Source of the DNA: Candidatus Aminicenantes bacterium
GTDB taxonomy: Bacteria > Acidobacteriota > Aminicenantia > Aminicenantales > JAFGBC01
NCBI GenBank assembly: GCA_963702005.1
Contig: OY969696.1
Location: forward strand, 1,216,001-1,280,000
Length of the DNA stretch: 64,000 nucleotides
Direction of reading: 5' to 3'
Below the pieces are notes generated by a model, which worked only from the letters and a program-made list of their open reading frames with translations, ran no database searches and had not been told where the DNA came from. This document shows positions 58,429-64,000 of the stretch, in pieces. Position 1 is the stretch's first letter. Each line of letters opens with the position of its first letter. A program made the position numbers and the translations under genes.

Positions 58429-61400
58429 ATGACGGCACAAAGAAAAATCCTGTCTGTTCTCCTCCTCGCGGCCTTGGTGCCTGGGCTACAATCCCAGGAA
58501 ACCGGCCCGAGGTTCCGCCGCTACGGGAGCGAGACCGGCATTTCCCAGAACGATATCAACACCATCCTCCAGGATCGTCGGGGATTTATCTGGCTGGGAA
58601 CCCAGGACGGGTTGAACCGGTTCGACGGGATTCAATTCAAAATCTTCAGACCCCTGGCCGGCGATTCTTTCAGTTTGAGCAGCCAATACATCCAGTCGGC
58701 CGTCGAAGGCCGCGAAGGCCGCCTTTGGCTCGGGACGGACGGCGGCGGGCTCAACGTGTATGATCCGGCCACGGAGAGGTTCAGCTGCTATCGGCATGAC
58801 CCCCGCTCTCCGGCGAGTCTGGCGGCGGACAGAATCAATACGCTCTTCGTGGATAGGCAAGGGCGCCTTTGGGTAGGGACGTCGAACGGTCTCGATCTGT
58901 TCCTGCCGGCTTCGGGAACGTTCATCCACTACAAGAACAATCCCCGGGACACGTCAAGCCTCGGCAGTGACGTCGTGACCTGTCTCCACGAGGACTCCTC
59001 GGGCACCCTTTGGGTTGGAACCGATAACGGCGGCCTGAACAGGCTCGATCCCCGGAGCGGGCGTTTCGTCCGTTCATTCGAACGGATGACCGTGAACGCC
59101 GTCCTAAGTCAGGGCGATACGGGCCTTTGGGTCGGGACGGACGACGGCCTGATCTGGATGGATCGCGCCTCCGGCCGGATCGTCACCTACCGCAACGATC
59201 CCGAAAGGCCCGACAGTCTCGAGCGCGGCGCCGTCTCGAGCCTCGTCAGGGATCGCGCCGGCAACCTCTGGATCGGGACGGACAACGGCTTGGATCGGAT
59301 GGACCCCAAAACGGCCGCATTCATCCATTATCGGAATGACCCCTCGTATCCGACCAGCCTGAGCAGCAATCTGGTCCATTCCATTCTCGAGGACGGGGCG
59401 GGCGGGATTTGGGTGGGGACCGGAAGCGGCTTGAATTATTTTGACCCGGGGGCTCCGGCTTTCGCCGTCATCAGGGACAGGTCGAACGATCCCAACAGCC
59501 GAGGCATGAACAACGTCTGGTCGTTCTGGGAGGACGAACCCGGCGTCATGTGGATAGGCACGGACGCCGGACTTATTAGCCTGGATCGTCGGACCGGCCT
59601 CCGCACCTTGCTTTCTTATGACCCGCGGAATCCCGGCAGCCTGAGCGACGGCGCCGTGCGCGTCATCTTCAAGGACCGCGCCGGCGTCCTTTGGGCGGGG
59701 ACGAATGGCGGAGGGCTGAACCGCTTCGATCCGGCCCGCCGGCGGTTCGTCCATTTCCGCCATGACGCCGCCGATCCCGGGAGCTTGTCGAACGATACGC
59801 TCCGTTCCATCCTCGAGGACCGCCGCGGAAATCTTTGGATCGCCACCTTCGGAGGCCTGGACCGGCTCGACCGGTCCTCCAACCGGTTTGAACACTTCCG
59901 GCACGATCCGGCCGATCCGGGCAGCCTGAGCGATGATCGTGTTTACACCCTGTTCGAGGACCGCGCGGGCACTCTCTGGGTCGGAACCTGGGGGGGCGGT
60001 CTGGATCGCTTCGACCCGGCCTCGAACCGGTTCGATCATTTTCGCCACGAACCGGATAATACGGCCAGCCTTGGAGATAATTTCATCATGTCGATCCGGG
60101 AAGACGCCTCCGGCGTCCTTTGGGTGGGGACGCGGGGCGGCGGCTTGTGTCGGATGGATCCCGGTCGGAAGACCTTTAAAACCTACGGCATCGGGGAGGG
60201 ACTTCCCAACAACGTCATCTACGCCATCCTTTGCGACGGCGCCGGGAATCTGTGGATGAGCCACAACCGGGGATTGTCACGATTCACCCCGAAGAGCGGC
60301 GCCGTCAAGACCTACGGCGTGAGCGACGGTCTCCAGAGCCTCGAATTCAACGCCAACGCCTGTTTCAAGACCCGGAGCGGGGAAATGTTTTTCGGCGGTA
60401 TCAACGGCAGCAACGCTTTTGTCCCCGACGCGATCAAGACCAACACCATCCTTCCTCAGATCGTCATCAGCGGACTCCAGGTTTTCAACAAACCCGTCCC
60501 GATCGGACCCGACCCGGAAGGCCGGACCATCCTGGACCGGAGCATCGTCGAGGCGGACACGATTCGTCTTTCCTACAAGGACCACGTCGTCACCTTCGAA
60601 TTCGCCGCCCTTCACTTCGCGGCGCCCGATAAGAACGAGTACGCCTACAGGCTGGAAGAGCTCGAAACGAACTGGAACCAGGCCGGAAACCGACGTTTCG
60701 CGACCTACGCCAACCTGCCGTCGGGGCGCTACGTCTTCCATGTCATCGGGTCCAACAACGACGGCCTCTGGAACGAACGGGGGGCCTCGTTGGCCGTATG
60801 GATATCGCCGCCCTTCTGGAAACGCCGCTTGGTCCAGGGCCTTGCCCTCGCGATTGTCCTGGGCGCCTTGGCCGCGGCCGTCCGTACCCGGACCCGGCGT
60901 CTCGTCGAATCGAAGAAGCGGCTCGAAGCCAAGGTCGAAGTGCGGACGGCCGAGCTCAAGGCGACGACCGTTAAGATCCAGGAAGAGGCCGCCGAACGCC
61001 GGCGGGCCGAGGACGCGCTCCGCAGGGAGAAGCTCTACCTGGACCTCTTGATCGAGAACGCGCCCGAGGCCATCGTCATCACCGGCGAAGGGCACAAGAT
61101 CGTCCGGATCAACCGGGAGTTCACCCGCATGTTCGGATACGAGCCCGAGGAAGCCATCGGCCGCAACATCGACGACGTCGTGTCCACGGAGGAGTCGAAG
61201 CAGGAAGCCCAAAACTTTACGCGGGAGCTCTCCCGGGGGCGGAGGATCGCTTTCGAGAGCGTCCGGAGGAGGAAGGACGGCGCGCCCTTCCACGTCTCCG
61301 CCATCGGCGCTCCGATCTGTTCCGAGGAGCGGACCTTCGGCTATTTCGCCATGTACCGCGACATCACCGACCGGAAACGGGCCGAGGAGGCCCTCCGCAA

Positions 61401-63015
61401 GGAGAAACTCCGTCTCGACCTGCTGATCGAAAACGCGCCGGAGGCCATCGCCGTCGTCGACCGGAACCATGTCATCACCCGCGTCAATGACGAGTTCGTC
61501 CGCATGTTCGGGTGTACGGCAGAGGAAACGGTCGGCCACAATATCGACGAGGTTGTTTCCTCGAAGGAGACGAGGAGCGAGGCCCAAGGCTATTCGATGG
61601 AACTCTCTCAAGGGAAGGCCGTCGCCTTCGAAGGCTTCCGAACCCGGAAGGACGGGACGTCCTTCGCCGTCTCCGGCATCGGCGCCCCGATTCGAGTCGA
61701 AGGACAAATCCTGGGCTATTTCGCGATCTATCGGGACATCACGGACCGGAAGAAGGCCGAGGAGGCCCTGCAGCGCCGGGCGGCCCAGGCGGCTCTTATC
61801 AACCGGGTCGGCCAGCGGGTCGGCCGCACGCTCGAGATCGGCCCCCTCTTCCAGGAGACCGTGGATGCCGTCCACGAGGCGTTCCAATACCAGGGCGTTC
61901 ATCTTTTCCTGCTGGACGCTTCCCGACCGAAGTTGAATCTTCAGGCCGTCGCCGGGGCCTACCGCGCCCTGTTCCGCGACGCGGACGGGTTGGCGGTCGG
62001 AGAAGGGATTATCGGGACCGCCTTTTCCCAGAGCCGGTCGATCAACTCCGGCGACGTGAGCCGAGACCCGCACTACGTGCGCGTGGCGACGGAAAACACG
62101 CATTCCGAATTGGCCGTCCCGATCCGGAGCAGGGACAGCATCATCGGCGTTTTGGACCTTCAGAGCGCGACCCCGGACGCCTTCGACGAGACCGATGTCT
62201 CGGCCATGGAGACGTTGAGCGCCCAGATCGGGTCGGCCATCGCCAACGCCCGCCTCTACGCGGAGGTCCAGCAGGAGCTGGCCGAGCGGACGCGGATGGA
62301 GAAGATGCTCAAGGGCCTTACCGACGACCTGGCCCGGTCCAACAAAGAGCTGGAGCAATTCGCCTATGTCGCCTCCCACGACCTCCAGGAGCCGCTCCGG
62401 ATGGTCGGAAGCTACGTCCAGCTCCTGGCCCGCCGCTACAAGGGGAAGATCGATCAGGACGCCGACGATTTCATCAACTTCGCAGTCGACGGCGCGGCCC
62501 GGATGCAGAATATGATCAACGACCTGCTGGCCTACTCGCGGGTCGGGACCCGGAGCAAGCCGTTTGTCCAGGCCGACCTGGAGAAAGTCCTCAACCGGGC
62601 CCTGATGAACCTCCAGGTCGCCATCGCCGAGAAAAGCGCCGTCGTCAACCACGACCCGCTCCCGAGCCTGACCGGGGACGAGACGCAGCTCATCCAGCTC
62701 TTCCAGAATCTCGTCGGAAACGCCATCAAATTCCAGGACAAGTCCAAGGGCGCTCCGGTCGTTCATATCGGAGCCGTCTCGCGCGACGGGGAATGGGTCT
62801 TCTCGGTCCGGGACAACGGGATCGGCATCGAGCCTCAGTATCTGGAGAGGATCTTTCATATTTTCGAGCGTCTTCACCGGGACAGCGAATACGCCGGGAC
62901 CGGCATCGGCCTGGCCCTCTGCAAGAGGATCGTCGAGCGCCACGGCGGCCGGATCTGGGTCGAATCGGAGCCCGGGCGGGGATCGACGTTTCTGTTTACG
63001 ATACCCAATCGCTAA
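58429..63015 (+). CDS. Sensor histidine kinase: periplasmic two-component regulator propeller, Y_Y_Y, TM, 2 PAS, GAF, HisKA/HATPase
   Basis: LWxGT..GL repeats, [42 protein letters not shown]. Confidence 0.93.
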   Translation: MTAQRKILSVLLLAALVPGLQSQETGPRFRRYGSETGISQNDINTILQDRRGFIWLGTQDGLNRFDGIQFKIFRPLAGDSFSLSSQYIQSAVEGREGRLWLGTDGGGLNVYDPATERFSCYRHDPRSPASLAADRINTLFVDRQGRLWVGTSNGLDLFLPASGTFIHYKNNPRDTSSLGSDVVTCLHEDSSGTLWVGTDNGGLNRLDPRSGRFVRSFERMTVNAVLSQGDTGLWVGTDDGLIWMDRASGRIVTYRNDPERPDSLERGAVSSLVRDRAGNLWIGTDNGLDRMDPKTAAFIHYRNDPSYPTSLSSNLVHSILEDGAGGIWVGTGSGLNYFDPGAPAFAVIRDRSNDPNSRGMNNVWSFWEDEPGVMWIGTDAGLISLDRRTGLRTLLSYDPRNPGSLSDGAVRVIFKDRAGVLWAGTNGGGLNRFDPARRRFVHFRHDAADPGSLSNDTLRSILEDRRGNLWIATFGGLDRLDRSSNRFEHFRHDPADPGSLSDDRVYTLFEDRAGTLWVGTWGGGLDRFDPASNRFDHFRHEPDNTASLGDNFIMSIREDASGVLWVGTRGGGLCRMDPGRKTFKTYGIGEGLPNNVIYAILCDGAGNLWMSHNRGLSRFTPKSGAVKTYGVSDGLQSLEFNANACFKTRSGEMFFGGINGSNAFVPDAIKTNTILPQIVISGLQVFNKPVPIGPDPEGRTILDRSIVEADTIRLSYKDHVVTFEFAALHFAAPDKNEYAYRLEELETNWNQAGNRRFATYANLPSGRYVFHVIGSNNDGLWNERGASLAVWISPPFWKRRLVQGLALAIVLGALAAAVRTRTRRLVESKKRLEAKVEVRTAELKATTVKIQEEAAERRRAEDALRREKLYLDLLIENAPEAIVITGEGHKIVRINREFTRMFGYEPEEAIGRNIDDVVSTEESKQEAQNFTRELSRGRRIAFESVRRRKDGAPFHVSAIGAPICSEERTFGYFAMYRDITDRKRAEEALRKEKLRLDLLIENAPEAIAVVDRNHVITRVNDEFVRMFGCTAEETVGHNIDEVVSSKETRSEAQGYSMELSQGKAVAFEGFRTRKDGTSFAVSGIGAPIRVEGQILGYFAIYRDITDRKKAEEALQRRAAQAALINRVGQRVGRTLEIGPLFQETVDAVHEAFQYQGVHLFLLDASRPKLNLQAVAGAYRALFRDADGLAVGEGIIGTAFSQSRSINSGDVSRDPHYVRVATENTHSELAVPIRSRDSIIGVLDLQSATPDAFDETDVSAMETLSAQIGSAIANARLYAEVQQELAERTRMEKMLKGLTDDLARSNKELEQFAYVASHDLQEPLRMVGSYVQLLARRYKGKIDQDADDFINFAVDGAARMQNMINDLLAYSRVGTRSKPFVQADLEKVLNRALMNLQVAIAEKSAVVNHDPLPSLTGDETQLIQLFQNLVGNAIKFQDKSKGAPVVHIGAVSRDGEWVFSVRDNGIGIEPQYLERIFHIFERLHRDSEYAGTGIGLALCKRIVERHGGRIWVESEPGRGSTFLFTIPNR

Positions 63016-63029
63016 GGGGAAGGAGGACT

Positions 63030-63476
63030 ATGCTGGACTCAACGCAAGGGAAGCCGGTAGAGATTCTTCTCGTCGAGGACAATCCGGGGGACGCGCGCCT
63101 GGCCCTGGAAGCCCTCAAGGAATGCAAGATGAGGAATAGCGTCCATATCATCCACGACGGCCTCGAGGCCCTGCGCTTCCTCCTCCAAGAAGGGAGCTAC
63201 GCCGAGGCCCCCCGGCCCGACCTCATCCTGCTCGACTTGAACCTGCCCAAGATGGACGGGCGGGAGGTCCTGAGCCGGATCAAGGCCGACTCCCGCTTCC
63301 GCCGCATCCCGGTCGTCATCCTGACGACCTCCAAGGCCGAAGAGGACATCATGAGGACCTACGACCTCCACGCCAACTGCTACATCACCAAGCCGGTCGA
63401 CATCGACCAGTTCATCCAGGTCGTCAAAAAGATCGAGGACTTCTGGTTCACGATCGTCAAGCTTCCGTCCGAATAG
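63030..63476 (+). CDS. Single-domain response regulator (Rcp1-like)
   Basis: [28 protein letters not shown]; RBS AGGAGG. Confidence 0.92.
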   Translation: MLDSTQGKPVEILLVEDNPGDARLALEALKECKMRNSVHIIHDGLEALRFLLQEGSYAEAPRPDLILLDLNLPKMDGREVLSRIKADSRFRRIPVVILTTSKAEEDIMRTYDLHANCYITKPVDIDQFIQVVKKIEDFWFTIVKLPSE

Positions 63477-63484
63477 GATTCGCC

Positions 63485-64000
63485 ATGAATAGCAAACCCA
63501 TCAAGCTTTTTCTTGTCGAAGACAATCCCGGCGACGCCCGGCTGATCCGGGAGATGCTGGCCGAGATCCCCAACATCCGGTTCACGCTCGAGCAGGTCGA
63601 ACGTCTCGAGGAAGCCCTCAAGAGGCTGACCGGCGGCGAGGAGGTCGACGTCGTCCTGCTCGACCTGTCCCTCCCCGACAGCCGGGGCCTCGAGACTTTC
63701 AACCGTTTTCATGACGCCTTCAAGGAGCCGCCCCCGATCATCGTCCTGACCGGGCTCGACGACGAGACGGTCGGCGTCAGCGCCGTTCAGGGCGGGGCCC
63801 AGGACTACCTCGTCAAGGGACGGGTTGACGGGAATCTGCTGGCCCGCTCGGTCCGCTTCGCGATCGAACGGCAGCGGATGGTCAAGGAGCTCAAGCTCCT
63901 GTCCGTCACGGACGAGCTGACCGGGCTCTACAATCGCCGCGGATTCGTGACCTTCGGCGGGGAGCTCCTCAAGCTGGGGCGGCGGATCAGCACCCAGGTC
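63485..64000 (+). CDS. REC plus GGDEF diguanylate cyclase, 5' part (runs off window)
   Basis: Manual translation [45 protein letters not shown]; the GGDEF motif itself lies beyond the window. Confidence 0.85.
   Translation, partial: MNSKPIKLFLVEDNPGDARLIREMLAEIPNIRFTLEQVERLEEALKRLTGGEEVDVVLLDLSLPDSRGLETFNRFHDAFKEPPPIIVLTGLDDETVGVSAVQGGAQDYLVKGRVDGNLLARSVRFAIERQRMVKELKLLSVTDELTGLYNRRGFVTFGGELLKLGRRISTQV

Noticed and set aside
61512-63476. 654-aa ORF ending in a response regulator
   Set aside because: The N-terminal part is an alternative frame of the kinase; the real gene starts at ATG 63030 with an AGGAGG RBS

Overview
High-GC bacterial chromosomal window. The gene content (peptide transporters and peptidases, tungsten AOR, zinc-ribbon/TPR Ser/Thr kinase, BNR propeller proteins) resembles an anaerobic peptide/sugar fermenter such as Aminicenantia/Acidobacteriota; that assignment is inference only. 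About 45 CDS; no rRNA, tRNA or CRISPR seen. Highlights: (1) a secreted BNR beta-propeller gene (5052-7016) is split only by an in-frame TGA (6324-6326), followed by a hairpin carrying the same CAGGUCUG apical element as the E. coli fdhF SECIS at almost the same spacing, making it a candidate new selenoprotein family; (2) a cluster of IPP isomerase, two tandem radical SAM enzymes, a QueG-like Fe-S reductase, a SPASM radical SAM and a UbiA prenyltransferase, next to a B12 radical SAM (9455-16676), suggests an uncharacterised prenyl-lipid or cofactor pathway; (3) nested modular palindromic repeats (5 main copies) end in TTGAC, which appears to supply -35 boxes to neighbouring genes; (4) a lower-GC defence islet holds a type IIG R-M enzyme and a NYN nuclease preceded by a promoter-hairpin-U-tract leader RNA; (5) an IS200 sits inside a 19-bp inverted-repeat element; (6) two genes have lost their central portion and a lactate permease is frameshifted.
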